Below, piece by piece: positions 35,752-48,004 of a stretch of DNA of 64,000 nt. Source of the DNA: Okamejei kenojei (taxonomy: Eukaryota); assembly GCA_035221665.1 (NCBI GenBank), contig CM069160.1:34224001-34288000 (forward strand), read 5' to 3'. Position 1 is the stretch's first letter. Each line of letters opens with the position of its first letter. The position numbers and the translations under genes were made by a program. The notes under the pieces were generated by a model, which saw nothing but the letters and a program-made list of their open reading frames with translations, was not told the DNA's origin and did not search any database.

Positions 35752-38700
35752 TCTATATTACTAAAAGTCTGATCGTGACCGCTTTTTGCCCGCTGTGCTG
35801 CGATCTCAGAGAGAAAGCCGCCATCTACGGCCGTCATTTTTGGCCACCTCGCTCAGAGACCCCCTCCGCCTGCCTTGCCCAGAGGAATTTTCCCATCGAT
35901 GAAAAATGAGATATTAATCTTATTACCAAATTCCCCATGTGTCGCGCCTCACTAAGTCTCTGCCAGACCCAAGAAGCCAGAGGGTCACGGCTCACGGCTC
36001 TCTGAGCTGCGAATAACACTGAACGTATTGGTTGTAAAGTGTGCGTCTCAAGCATGAACGAGAAAGATCGCAAATAAGAAGGCTTCAAGAGACAGGAGAT
36101 AAAAAACTAAAAGACTGGCTGAACAGCAGGCCAGAGATACAAGAAGACAAAATGCACAACTGGTAAGGAGAAATCTTTCTTCTGATGTTGGTCAAATGAC
36201 AAAGGTTTGCCCTCACTGTCGAGCGTACCGTTTCCCTGGAGAAACCACCAACTTTTGCTGCATGAATGGTCAGGTGAACATTGCTCCTGTGCAGGCACTG
36301 CCTAATGAACTCATGAGACTGTATACTGTTGACACTCCACAAGCAAAGGAGTTCAGAAGGAATATTAGACAATACAACTGTTTATTTCAACTGACGTCAT
36401 TCGGTGCCAAGGAAGTGGTGCCACCCGGATGGAATCCTTTAGTGATCATTCAAGGCCAGATTCATCATTACATTAGTTCGTTGATGCCTGACCCAGATCA
36501 ACAAAGTCGATTCTTGCAGATCTATTTTATGGACCCCCAAGATAGCATTGAATTGCGAATGGGTATACTGCAAAATGCTGGTATTCAAAGGGAAATTGTT
36601 GCAATGCTTGAACGCCTGATAAGACAAAACAACCCTTACATTGAAACACTTAAAATGGCAAAGTAAAGAATTTGAGGTTTACCAGAGGCATCAATCATCA
36701 TAGATCCAAATCATGTACGTTCGGAAGTATGGCAATGCTTCATTCTTCATTACGATGACTTGCAATCAGAACTGGAGCGAGATCCGACAGTCGCTCTTTC
36801 ACAGTCTGCAGCCGTGTGATAGACCAGATTTGATTGCAAGAGTATTTGATCTGAAAAGGAAGATATTCATCAAGTACGTCTCTGGCCCAAACGGGCTCTT
36901 TGGCAACTGTATAGCTTTTGTCTCCACTGTGGAATATCAGAAGAGAGGCCTGTCTCATTTGCACTGTCTGCTGTGGCTTGACGAAGCCACTAAGCCAAGA
37001 CCAAATGATTTTGACACATTTGTGCGAGCTGAAATACCAGACCCGCAAGTGGATCCTGAGCTGCATGAATTGGTACTCACGCACGTGATTCATGGACCGT
37101 TCTGCAACCACGCCTCTCCATGTCGGAAGAAAGGAACATGCAGTAAGAGATTCCCAAAACCATTTATCGCGAGCACAAGGTGTGGACATAATTCATATGC
37201 TCTATACAGGAGAAGATCTCTAGACATGGGAGGATTTCTGGGATATCAAGAAGAACGCCAGCATCGACCTATCACTTCTGATTGGGTGGTGCTCTATAAT
37301 GCTGAATTATTGAAGTTGTTCAAATGTCACATCAACGTTGAGATATGCTGCTCTATAAAGTCAGTCAAATACGTCATCAAGTACACCATGAAGGGAAGTG
37401 ATCAAGCATCTTTTAGAGTTAACAGGGATGACAAAATTTTTTACAGTACTTGACTGGCAGATACATTGGTCCATCAGAAGCAGTGGCATTAATCTTTGGA
37501 TTTCCGACTCATGAGAGACACCCCGCTGTCTTTCGACTCCAGGTACATCGACCAGGAAAACAACGAGTTTTTCTCAGACTCGATGCTGCTGAACACGGGA
37601 CCAATGGTCATATGCCGAGAATGACTGAATTCATGGCATTGTCTTCTCAAGAGCCATTTCCAAGAACACTCGACTACAGTGATGTTCCCCGATTTTACAC
37701 ATGGAACAAAAAGAGATGGCAAAGAAGAAAGGCCTGGAAGACAGTGCAAGATCATCTAGGTATTTTTGAATCTAACGTTCTGGGACGAGTGTATACCGTG
37801 TCTCCAAAATGTGGTGACCTCTACTACTTGAGACTGCTTCTCTATCACATAAAAGGACCAGTATCCTTTGATTCATTGAAAACACATGAGGGACAAATGT
37901 ATCCTTTCTTCAAAGACATCTGCAGACAAAGAGGTTTGTTGCAGACAGATGGCCATTGGCAACAAATAATGGAAGGTGCTGAGAACACAAGTGCAATGAG
38001 AGATTTGTTTGTTGTTTTGTTGACGAATACTGAGATCAACGATCCTCGACAATTATGGGATCTCTTCAAGAATTCAATGTCTGACGATTACCTTGAAAAA
38101 GAACGGAGAACAATGAATGATCCTAATATCGTGATTGAAGAGAAGGGGAAATGATGCTGATGTTGAAAATGCCTGCATCAAGAAATCCTACATGTGGAGA
38201 CTTTTCACCAAGTTTCAATTGCACACAAATATGCGATAGACAGAGGGAGAAGGCGACTATTCTCAATTTTTGTTGAAAGTTGGAAAAGGCAAGATTTTAA
38301 AGAATGAAGACGATGAAATTGAAATCCCACAAGACATGCTTCTGTCAGCAGAAACACTGGAGGATTGTATTGATTTCATCTATCCCACATTTGACAATCC
38401 TGCAGAATTATTCTCCAACAATTGTATCTTGGTTCCTCACAACGATACCATGAGAAGCATCAATTCTACATGCATCAGACTCTTCCCTGGAATCGTTAAG
38501 GAGTACTTTTCTTACAATGCTGTCACTGAGGGAACTCGTGATACTCACTTCCCAACAGAATTCCTCGATTCACTCGAGCTCTCTGGATTACCACCACACA
38601 AATTGGAGTTGAAAAAAGGATCTCCAATCATATTATTGAGAAACCTGGAGCCGCCAAAGCGATGCAATGGAACAAGGGTGATTGTGGAAGAGCTACACAA

Positions 38701-39910
38701 TAATCTGATCGCTGCAAGAATCAACATGGGAGCCTTCAAAGATGACATTGTTCTCATTCCCAGGATAGCACTCATTTTGACAGAAGGTGAAGACATTCCC
38801 CTTCAGCGCACCCAATTCCCCATTCAATCAAGTTTTGCTATGACGATCCATAAAGCACAAGGACAAACAATGCAGAAGGTGTTGATCTACCTCGACAAAC
38901 CGGTATTTCAGCATGGACAACTATATGTGGCTCAGCTGAGGAAAGATGAAGGGAAATGTCAAAGTTTTCCTGAAGGATGGAACATCGACCAAGAATGTTG
39001 TAATTAAAAGCGTGCTTCGTTGAATAATGACTTCTGTGATAAATTCTCAGATTTTCTTTCTTAAAATTTGACCGCTGAATTTCTCTATATTAAAATTGTC
39101 ACTTTTTATCAACAGGAAATAGTAATCAAGAGGCAATGAGCAGCATAACATGACAAGAGACACAACAAGAAAGAACTAAATAATTCTCATCTTTAACATT
39201 TAACTTGTTCTTATATTTTAAGAGTCATTCACATTTTAAACTTTAATAAATCCTTTTTGCTCTTTTGATGCCTGTGTGTTCTTCGTCACAATGGGAACCT
39301 AATAGGCAGGAATGGCTGCTCTGTGGGAGAGTCACTAAGAGTGCATGGGGGGAGATTGTGGGGAGATGCACTGAATGCGTGGGGGGGAGGGGAATGACAA
39401 GGAGCAGAGTGGGGAGGGGGGGGTGAAGGGAGCAGGGGTGACTGAGTGAACTGCCAGCGTACCAGGCGCGAGTGACTGCACTGCCAGCCCACGGGCCGTG
39501 AGTAAGTGAACTGCCAGCGCACCAGCCGTAAGTGACTGAACTGCCAGTCCAATAATCCATTCAGTCCACCCTCTCCCCATTTTCTCTCACAGTCTGTCAC
39601 CTGTTTTGGGCAGAATTTCTGGAAGTTTCTCTGCTACCAGCCTGGCAGGTCCGAGTGACTGTACTGCCAGGCCTCAGTGACTGACCTGCCAGCTGAAGAA
39701 TCCATTCGGCCCACAATGTCTATACTAGCCCTCTGGAAACCAGTACCTTCAGCCCACAACACCCATGCTAGCGCAACAGAAAGCCCCCCCCCCCCCCCCC
39801 CCCCCCCCCACTGGCCAGCATTGTTGGAATTGGTGGAGAGGTGGAATATTGCATTGGGTGACCAGCCCTCCCGTGTGATGCTGGGACCCAACAGGTCCCA
39901 CTTAGTCTAG
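35752..39910 (+). mobile_element. Helitron (internally deleted RepHel) with both termini
   Basis: A|TC 5' end at 35752, hairpin TGGGACC-caaca-GGTCCCA at 39882-39900 and CTAG|T 3' end. Rep motifs FITMTCN, VEYQKRGLSHLHCLLW and KYVIKY. PIF1-type helicase motifs FAMTIHKAQGQT and VFQHGQLYVA. Confidence 0.93.
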
Positions 39911-39930
39911 TTTCAATACTAAATTCTTAC

Positions 39931-39963
39931 CAAGTTCTACGATGGATTTGCGCCGTTCCAGCT
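39931..39963 (-). CDS. Butyrophilin-like juxtamembrane micro-exon (33 bp, ELERRKSIVEL)
   Basis: Polypyrimidine acceptor tttctccttccag and donor G|gtaaga. Phase 1-1 and in frame. Confidence 0.7.
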
Positions 39964-40059
39964 CTGGAAGGAGAAACCAGTGTTACATTTGAACAATGAG
40001 CATCAGAGACAATGACTATCAGAGTCAGAGGTCAATCCAAACAAGGCTGGAAATAAGTG

Positions 40060-40610
40060 CAGACAACGAGGGAAGGTCCGCGCGGGTCAGGCAGCTGCAG
40101 AGAGGAACAGAATTCCTGGTTCACGTTGACAGGGTCTCATCAGGCCTGGACAATGTCAGATGGTGACAGGTGTGAGACAAGTGTAGCGGCAAATAAAGGC
40201 AGGAAAACAAATGTTGTGTAACATGTGAAGGGCAGGAGAGGGGAATGACGAGGAACGGATCAGGTGAATAAATACAGTGTGGGTCTGGGGAGGCTTCAAT
40301 GATTCACCCACGACCAACAGTTGCTGTAGGAAAATGTGAACACGGTGATCATTGTGTGAAACGGTTGAGGACAATGCTGAATGTGGAAGGCTGCGAGATG
40401 CCGGATTCAAAGGCGGGCAGTTCCCCAGCCTCTGCTCAGCCTCATTAGATCAGTGTTGGAGAGCGAGGGAGAGCTCACACTGGGACGGGACACGCAATGA
40501 AAGTGACAAGTGAGCGAAAGCTCAGGTTGACAACGGGGAACTGAACAGAGATGTTCATCCAAGTGATCACCTCATCTGTGATCCGTCTCTCCACAGTGGA
40601 GATCAAATAC
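40060..40610 (-). mobile_element. Highly degraded Penelope-like element remnant (smaller pieces at about 29315-29405, 44895-44940 and 45500-45582)
   Basis: The reverse strand near 40540-40605 reads LHCGETDHR*GDHLDEHLCSV, resembling the GIY-YIG segment YIGETxRRLGDRFxEH. Terminal-like GATGCTGCCTGACC/CACCCGCTG motifs occur in the small pieces. Confidence 0.5.
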
Positions 40611-40880
40611 AGGAAACAGAGACAAGTCCAAGTGACTCTGTGTCCGGTTAAATCTCCTCCCACGGCACTGCCTGATGCACACACAGATGTCACATCTGCC
40701 CCTTTACCCCATTATCCCCACCTCCCGGGACACTGATACTCGCTCCAGGGGCAACAGTTACCACTGGAAGGTGGAAGCCCCTCGGAGAGTGCTCTGGTTT
40801 TCCACTGAAGTTACAGTGGGAATCTAGCAGAATCCCGCCCGGATTTCTTGACCTGCATCTAATGCTGTTGTTTAACGTAC

Positions 40881-40994
40881 CTTTAATGCGTCTGTTTTGT
40901 TTCACGTTCCAATAAAACACAGCACCGTGGGCAGCAATGAGAAGACAAATGGTGAGGACCAGCGGCAGGACCCAGTCAGCAGGGAAGACATCAT
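40881..40994 (-). CDS. Butyrophilin-like transmembrane exon (114 bp)
   Basis: ttctgcag|AT ... AAAG|gtacgt. Translation DVFPADWVLPLVLTICLLIAAHGAVFYWNVKQNRRIK is a hydrophobic span followed by basic stop-transfer residues. Confidence 0.85.
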
Positions 40995-41198
40995 CTGCAG
41001 AATGAAGACAGTGAACGGCGAATATAGTAAACTGTCTTTAAAAATCAGTGATCATTTCCCCACAGAAGTGAGATGTGGATAAATCATCAGTGAGTGAGAA
41101 ACATGTGAGGTCCTCAGTGAGCATTCTGGGCAGTCGGGGTTTCAATGGAATGTAAATCACCTTTATACTTCAATTATCAAACAGACACGGTTACAAAC

Positions 41199-41480
41199 CT
41201 GATATTTTAACGATTGCCTCACGTTGTATGTTTAACTATCTGTATTGAACAACACACTTGATCTTGTTTGTTGATTGCCTCGTTACTGTTACGTTGCGCT
41301 CCACATTTACAAGACCTTCCGTATCTTCGTGGTACATTGTTTCAGCTTGTGGTAAAACCTGTCCATCTTCACCGATCCACAGCATCTCTGGTCCAGGATA
41401 CCATCCACCGGACTTACACACGAGCTGGATTCCATCTCCCTGGTATGCCTGCAACCGAATCCGGGGCAAACTCCCCAAAG
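41199..41480 (-). CDS. Butyrophilin-like IgC exon (282 bp) with in-frame TAG
   Basis: Acceptor tgatgcag|CT TTG and donor TCAG|gtttgt. Translation LGSLPRIRLQAYQGDGIQLVCKSGGWYPGPEMLW...IKCVVQYR*LNIQREAIVKIS contains the BTN C-type CxSxGWYPxP motif. Confidence 0.9.
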
Positions 41481-41649
41481 CTGCATCAGTGACAGATGTA
41501 GAAATAACAATAGTCAGGAAGAATAGCAACTTGGACCAAACAGCATTTTGTTCAAGTACGCAAACCTCTTGCAACAATTCCTGTACAATTTCTAATTATT
41601 TCCATTTTCAATGGAAAGTCATTGAGCAGAAATGTCAACTCTGCTTCTC

Positions 41650-44600
41650 TCTGGAAGTCATCGTCGACTTCAGGAAAAACCAGCACAGTCCCACACCACT
41701 TCACATCAATGACAGCGATGTGGAGTTGGTCAGTAGCACTAAGTTCCTGGAGGTGCAGATCACTAACAGTCTGACTTCAATTCAATTCAATTCAATTTTT
41801 AATTGTCATTGTGCAGTGTTACAGTACAGAGACAACGAAATGCAGTTAGCATCTCCCAAGAAGAGCAAACGTAGAATAATGAACGGTAAAAAAAATATAT
41901 ATGTACAAACAGTATCAGTAGTGCAATTATACTGGGGGAAGGAGCGTCCGCCGGGGGGGGGGGGGGGGGGGGGGGTGACTGGCAATCACCGAGGTGCAGA
42001 GTTAAGCATTGTAACAGCCACAGGGAAGAAGCTGTTCCTGAACCTGCTGGTCCGGCAACGGAGGGACCTCTAACGCCTCCCGGAGGAGGGTGAACAGTCT
42101 GTGGTTGGGGTGAGACCAGTCATTGACGATGCTGCGCGCCTTTGCAGACATCGCTTGCTATGGACAGACTCAATGGAGGGGAGTGAGGAACCGGTGATGC
42201 GTTGGGCAGTTTTCACCACCCTCTGCAGTGCTTTCCGGTCAGAGACAGAGCAGTTGCCATACCATACTGTGATACAGTTGGTAAGGATGCTCTCGATGGT
42301 GCAGCGGTAGAAGTTCACCAGAATCTGAAGTGACAGATGGACCTTCTTTAGTCTCCTCAGGAAGAAGAGACACTGGTGATCCTTCTTGACCAGTGTAGAG
42401 GTATTGTGGGTCCAAGAGAGGTCATCAGAGATGTTGACCCCCAGAAACCTGAAGCTGGAAACATGTTCCACCTCTGTCCCATTAATATGGATGGGGGTGT
42501 GCGTGCTACCCCTCGACCTTCTGTAGTCCACAATGAGCTCCTTGGTCTTCTTGGAGTTAAGGGCCAGGTTGTTGTCAGCACACCATGCTGCTAGGAGCTG
42601 AACCTCCTCCCTATAGGCCGACTCATCGTTGTCGCTGATGAGGCCAATCACCGTCGTGGCATCTACATACTTGATGATGGTGTTAGAACCATGTACAGGT
42701 GTGCAGTCGTAGGTGAAGAGGGAGTAGAGGAGGAGGCTCAGTACACAGCCCTGTGGAACGCCGGTGCTCAGGGTGCGGGTTGAAGAGGTGTGGTTGTCCA
42801 ACCTAACAGACTGTGGTCTGTTAGTCAGGAAATCCAGTATCCAGTTGCAGAGGGAGGGGTTGATGCCCAGGTCGCCGAGTTTGGTGATCAATTTTGAGGG
42901 GATAATGATGTTAAATGCTGAGCTAAAGTCAATGAACAGCATTCTCACGTAGGTGTCTCTGTTATCGAGGTGGGAGAGGGCGGATTGGAGTGCCGTTGAG
43001 ATGGCATCCTCCGTACTCCTATTCTTGCGGTAGGCAAACTGATAGGGGTCCAGTGTGGGAGGTAGGCAGCCTTTGATGTGTGCCAGGACCAGCCTCTCGA
43101 AGCACTTGGTGATGATGGGAGTAAGTGCAACTGGGCGGAAGTCGGTGAGGCTCGCCGCAGTGGAGTGTTTTGGCACCGGCACGATAGATGTGGTTTTAAG
43201 GCACATGGGGCCAACTGCTTGGGCAAGTGACAGGTTGAAGATGTCAGTCCAGACGTCTGTCAGCTGCAGCACAGGTCCTGAGGACTCGCCCGGGGATGCC
43301 GTCAGGGCCAGCAGCCTTACTTGCATTAATCCTGCTCAGTGCTAGATACACGTCACAGAGGGTGAGTGTGAGGGGCTGGTGATCAGCAGGGAGCACAGCC
43401 TTGATGGCCATCTCTTGGTTGTACCCGCCAAAGCGGCCATAAAAGTGGTTAAGCTCCTCAAGGAAGGATGAGTCGCTGGATGTGGGGGTGGTGTTGGTGG
43501 GTCTATAGTCCTTGATGGCCTGGATGCCTTGCCATAAGCGTCGGGGGTCAGAGTTGTTGTTGAAGTGCTCCTCAATCCTAAGCTTGTAGCTACGCTTGGC
43601 CTTCTTGATGCCCCACTTCAGGTTAGCCCTGGATGAACCGTAGGCTCGAGCATCGCCTGACCTGAAAGCGGTGTCCCGTGCTTTCAGCAGTAGCCTGACC
43701 TCGCTGTTCACCCATGGCTTCTGATTCGGGAATGTGGTGATACGTTTGAGGGTGGTGACACTGTTGATGGTGGAGTTGATAAACTCCAGAACAGAGGATG
43801 TATAAGTGTCTGTGTCCGTGTGGGAGTCGAGGGTGGCCTGGGTTGCAAACACATTCCAGTCAGTGTTTCCAAAACGCTGCTGAAGTGTGGAGTCAACCTC
43901 CTCTGACCAGACTTTAACTGTTCTCACTGTGGGTTGTACCCGTCTGATGAGTGGTGAGTACTTAGAGAGCAGGAACAATGAGAGGTGATCAGACTGACCA
44001 AGGTGGGGGAGGGGAAAGGCTTTGTAAGCTTCAGCCATATTTGTGTAAACTTTATCCAGGGTCCTGTCTTCTCTAGTGGCGAAGGAGACATGTTGGTGGA
44101 ATTTTGGGAGTACAGTCTTCAGGTTGGAGTGATTGAAGTCACCCGCAAAAATGAAGGACGCCTCGGGGTTGTGAGTCTGTTGTTTGCTGATGGCAGTATG
44201 CAGTTCTTTCATTGCAAGCTTCGCATTAACATCAGGAGCGATATAGGCTGCATATGGACCTGGTCAAATAACATCTCATCAACAGTTAAGAGAGCGCAGC
44301 AGCGGTTGCACTTTCTGCGCCGGATGAGAAGAGCTCACCTCCCCCATCCCGTCCTCACCACTTTCTACAGGGACACCATAGAGAATATTTTGACCAGCTG
44401 TATCGCTGTCTGGTTTGGGGACTGTAAAGCCTCCGACTGGAAATCCATGCAGAGGGTGGTGAGGACGGCTGAAAAAATCATCAGGACTTCTCTCCCCTCA
44501 ATCGGGGACATTGCAACCAAACGTTGCGTGTCTAAGGCCAGCAGTACTATAAAGGACCCCACACATCTCCATCACGGACTGTTCACTCAGCTGCCCTCGG

Positions 44601-44865
44601 GCAAAACATATTGTAGCATAAGGAGCAGAACATCAAGGTTCTGCAACAGCTTCTCCCCACGAGCCATCAGACTCCTGAATGCCATGTAATAGGCTGCCAC
44701 CATTGTCTATTTATCCTTTCATCCATTTTATCCATTTATCCATTTTATCCTTCTGTTTATTATCGTTTTGCACGGGAAGCCAAATGCAACGGAATTTTGT
44801 TTGGAATTGCATATATCGATGTATTTCTAAATGACAATAAAGTTTGTTTGATTGATTTTGATTGA
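41650..44865 (+). mobile_element. Older Rex1/Babar 3' fragment (41650-41775 plus 44257-44865)
   Basis: The rejoined flanks read VDFRK...QITNSLT|WSNNISSTVKRAQQRLHFLRR. AATAAA and a (TTGA)n tail follow. Confidence 0.82.
41776..44256 (-). mobile_element. 5'-truncated Rex1/Babar LINE with two long ORFs, nested in an older Rex1 fragment
   Basis: ORFs 43244..44212 (APE C-part) and 42070..43326 (RT), a (TTGAA)n tail at 41776-41797, and flanking GAC. Confidence 0.9.
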
Positions 44866-45730
44866 CATTAACAAAATAAAAATAAAAATAAATCTCTCCC
44901 CAGATGCTGCCTGACCTGCTGAATGTTTTCAGCATCGCTGTAATTAAATCCAGGCTGAGAGTGACAGGGTAAATGGCTGGGCCCTGGAGAGTGTGGTGGA
45001 ACGGAGATATCCAGGGGTCCGAGTATATGGCCACCTGGAAGTAGCACTCGCGGTCATTATTGGGAAAATTGGTGTCATCCTCCACAACCAACCAATATTG
45101 ACCTTGAATGCCTGTGGGGCAAGGACTTATATGTGGCAGCATTTGTTTGATGCATCTAGGAGGGTTTGCTGACACACTAGGCAGTTAATCCTTCGCTCGG
45201 TGGGATTATAATTGACCCTGATTTGGGAAATGAGTGCAACGAGGTGGAGTTTCAAAGGGAGAGTATAAATATATATATATAAATGTGTACATATATGCTG
45301 TATATGGTGAGTACATTTTACCTTCAGTAAGGAGACAAAGACTGTGCCCCAGGTGAGGCCTCATCAACATCCTATATAACTGTGATGAGGCTTCCCAACA
45401 TTTATTCTCCATTCCCCTCAATTAAAAACACTGGGACAGATGTGATGGAACTCCAGTTAAACACATTCCCATGGCTGCCCTCCATTTACTCAATGGTAGA
45501 CAAACATGCTGGAGAGACACAGCGGGTGAGGCAGCATCTATGGAGCGAAGGAAACAGGCAACGTTTTGGGCCGAAACCCTTTCTCCATTTACTCAAGTTA
45601 CTTCTCAATGTAAACATTACAACAGCACGTTCTTAATTATGTAATTATAAATCAACATTGTTGATTGAACGCTCTTTACCATTTGTTCTTTTCACATTTA
45701 TCGTCAACAATCAGTGTTTTACTTACTCAC

Positions 45731-46078
45731 CTCGAACTCGCAGTTGTGCTGGAGATGTTTCATACTCAGTTCCTTCTGTAACTGAACATGTATATTCCCC
45801 TTCATCAAACCTTCTTACGTTCTTTATTCTGAGGGAAATGTTCCCTTTGGCCACTTCATCTTTAAACAGTTCGGCTCTTGCTCTGTAATCCTGGTGTTGA
45901 GCGAGGGTGTCATTGTGTCCTTGTCTGTACACGAGGACTGGTGAGGTGAGACCTGACCTCCTCCACTGCACGACCATGTTGCTGGTCAATATATCTGGGA
46001 CAAGCTGACATTCCAACACCACATCCCCACCTACAGTGGCTACAAAACCATCGCCCGGTACAATAACGAGAAATTCAC
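45731..46078 (-). CDS. Butyrophilin-like IgV exon (348 bp)
   Basis: Acceptor cccgcag|GT GAA and donor CGAG|gtgagt. Translation EFLVIVPGDGFVATVGGDVVLECQL...VQW...YRARAELFKDEVAKGNISLRIKNVRRFDEGEYTC has the canonical V-set C/W/DxGxYxC motifs of the B7/BTN type. Confidence 0.93.
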
Positions 46079-46139
46079 CTGCGGGTCAATTCAAATAATT
46101 GAAAACATGATTATTTAGGAAATCAATACGGGGAACCTC

Positions 46140-47560
46140 TTATTGAAGGTCGAGTCGCAGGTAGATGAGGTGGTCAAAAAGGCCTTTGGCTCTTTGGCCT
46201 TCATCAGTCAGACTATTGAGTACAGAGAACTTGGGAGCTCATGCTGCAGTTGTATTAGACGGTGGTGAGACCGCATTTAGAATATTGTGTTCAGTTCTGA
46301 GCACCATGTTATAGAAAAGATATTATCAAGTTTGAGAATATTCAGAAAATATTTACGAGGATGTCCCCAGGACTAGAGGGTGTGAGCTATAGGGACGGGT
46401 TCATAGCAAAAGGATTTGAGTATAGGAGCAGGGAGGTTGTACTGCAGTAGTACAGGGTCTTGGTGAGATCACACCAGGAGTATTGCGTACAGTTTAGGTC
46501 TCCTAATCTGAGGAAAGACATTCTTGCCATCGAGGGAGTACAGAGAAGGTTCACCAGACTGATTGCTGGGATGTCGGGATTTTCATATGAGGAAAGACTG
46601 GATAGACTTGGCTTGTACTCGCTATAATTCAGAAGATTGAGGGGGGATCTTATAGAAACTTACTAAATTCTTAAGGGGCTGGACAGGCTAGATGCAGGAA
46701 GATTGTTCCCGGTGTTGGGGAAATCCAGAATAAGGGGTCACAGTTTAAGGATAAGGGGGAAGTCTTTTAGGACCGAGAGGAGAAAATCATTTTTCAGACA
46801 GAGAGTGGTGAATCTCAGGAATTCTCTGCTGCAGAAGGTAGTTGAGGCCAGTTCATTGGCTATATTTAAGAGGGAGTTAGATGTGGCCCTTTTGGCTAAG
46901 GGGATCAGGGGGTATGGAGAGAAGGCAGGTATGGGATACTGAGTTGGATGATCAGTCATGATAATATTGAATGGCGGTGCAGACTCGAAGGGCCGAATGG
47001 CCTACTCCTGCACCTATTTTCTATGTTCTATGTTCTGTAGGCTGGGTCTCTATTCCTTGGAGCGCAGGAGGATGAGGGGTGATCTTATAGAGATGTACAA
47101 AATCATGAGAGGAATAGATCGGGTAGATGCACAGTCCTTTGCCCAGATTAGGGGAATCGAGGACCAGAGGACATAGGTTCAAGGTGAAGGAGAAAAGATT
47201 TAATAGGAATTCGAGGGGTAACATTTTCACACAAAGTGTGGTGGGTCTATGGAACAAGCTGCCAGATGAGGCAGTTTAGGCTGGGACTATCACATTGCTT
47301 AAGAAACAGTTAGACAAATACATGGAGAAGACAGGTTTGGAGGGAAATGGACCAAGCGCAGGCATGGGGACCAGCATAGCCTGGACATTGTTGGCCGGTA
47401 TGGGCGAGTGGGGCCGAAGGGCCTGTTTGCACACTATATCACTCAATGATTCTATGACTCTAATAGGGTTAGGGAGGCAGAGATAGATCAGCCATCATTG
47501 TATGGTGGAGTAGACTTGATAGGCGGAATGACCTTAATCTGCTCCTATCACTTATAACCT
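46140..47560 (+). mobile_element. Nested CR1 3' fragments in the signal peptide-IgV intron
   Basis: CR1 ORF2 C-terminal motifs. The inner copy at about 46402-47036 ends in (TTCTATG)n. Confidence 0.82.
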
Positions 47561-47936
47561 TATAATCCAGGGATGAAGCCAGGATATGAACATTTTCACT
47601 GGTTGTTCACGATTTATTTATCAAATAACATTGGGGTCTCAACACCAATCCCCATGGGACACAACTCCTTACATCTTGCCATCCAGAGAGTAAAATGATC
47701 AGCATCCACTCTCTGCTTCCTGCTATCCCGATTATCCACGAAAATGAAGTTGCCTCCTCCTCCTGCAGGTCCCATCATCGCCCACAGAGGGAGGAAGAAC
47801 CTCCTTACTGATCGTATTAAGTGATGTGGACAACTGCATTAAAATGAGCGATTTTAAAATATGAATCTTCTGACCCCATGAAGCCGCCTCCATGACATAA
47901 ATAAATAGAAATCAGGCCAGATGGTGTGGTCATTAC

Positions 47937-47994
47937 CGTGGACTGAGCTGAGGATCCCGTGCAGTAACAACACAGCGCAGTGAACCACTCCCAT
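47937..47994 (-). CDS. Butyrophilin-like signal-peptide exon MGVVHCAVLLLHGILSSVH(G)
   Basis: ATG at 47994, a hydrophobic 19-aa leader, and a phase-1 donor CACG|gtaatg that joins in frame to the IgV exon. Confidence 0.75.
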
Positions 47995-48004
47995 CCCAGT
48001 GGAG

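Larger units (their letters stand above)
28555..47994 (-). pseudogene. Butyrophilin-like gene (SP-IgV-IgC-TM-micro-exons-B30.2), about 464 codons, carrying one nonsense codon (null allele, young pseudogene or sequence error)
   Basis: Seven exons join in frame by GT-AG splicing and all junctions are phase 1. The 348-bp IgV, 282-bp IgC and 27-bp pre-B30.2 exon sizes match the butyrophilin exon layout. The only lesion seen is TAG at 41238-41236. Confidence 0.85.

Noticed and set aside
40762-40804. Additional butyrophilin micro-exon (cag|TGGAAAACC...CAGTG|gtaact)
   Set aside because: It is 43 bp, so it does not preserve frame, and its polypyrimidine tract is weak.
41258-42073. 271-aa plus-strand ORF
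   Set aside because: It is a chance fusion of the antisense IgC exon, a Rex1 fragment and a LINE 3'UTR.
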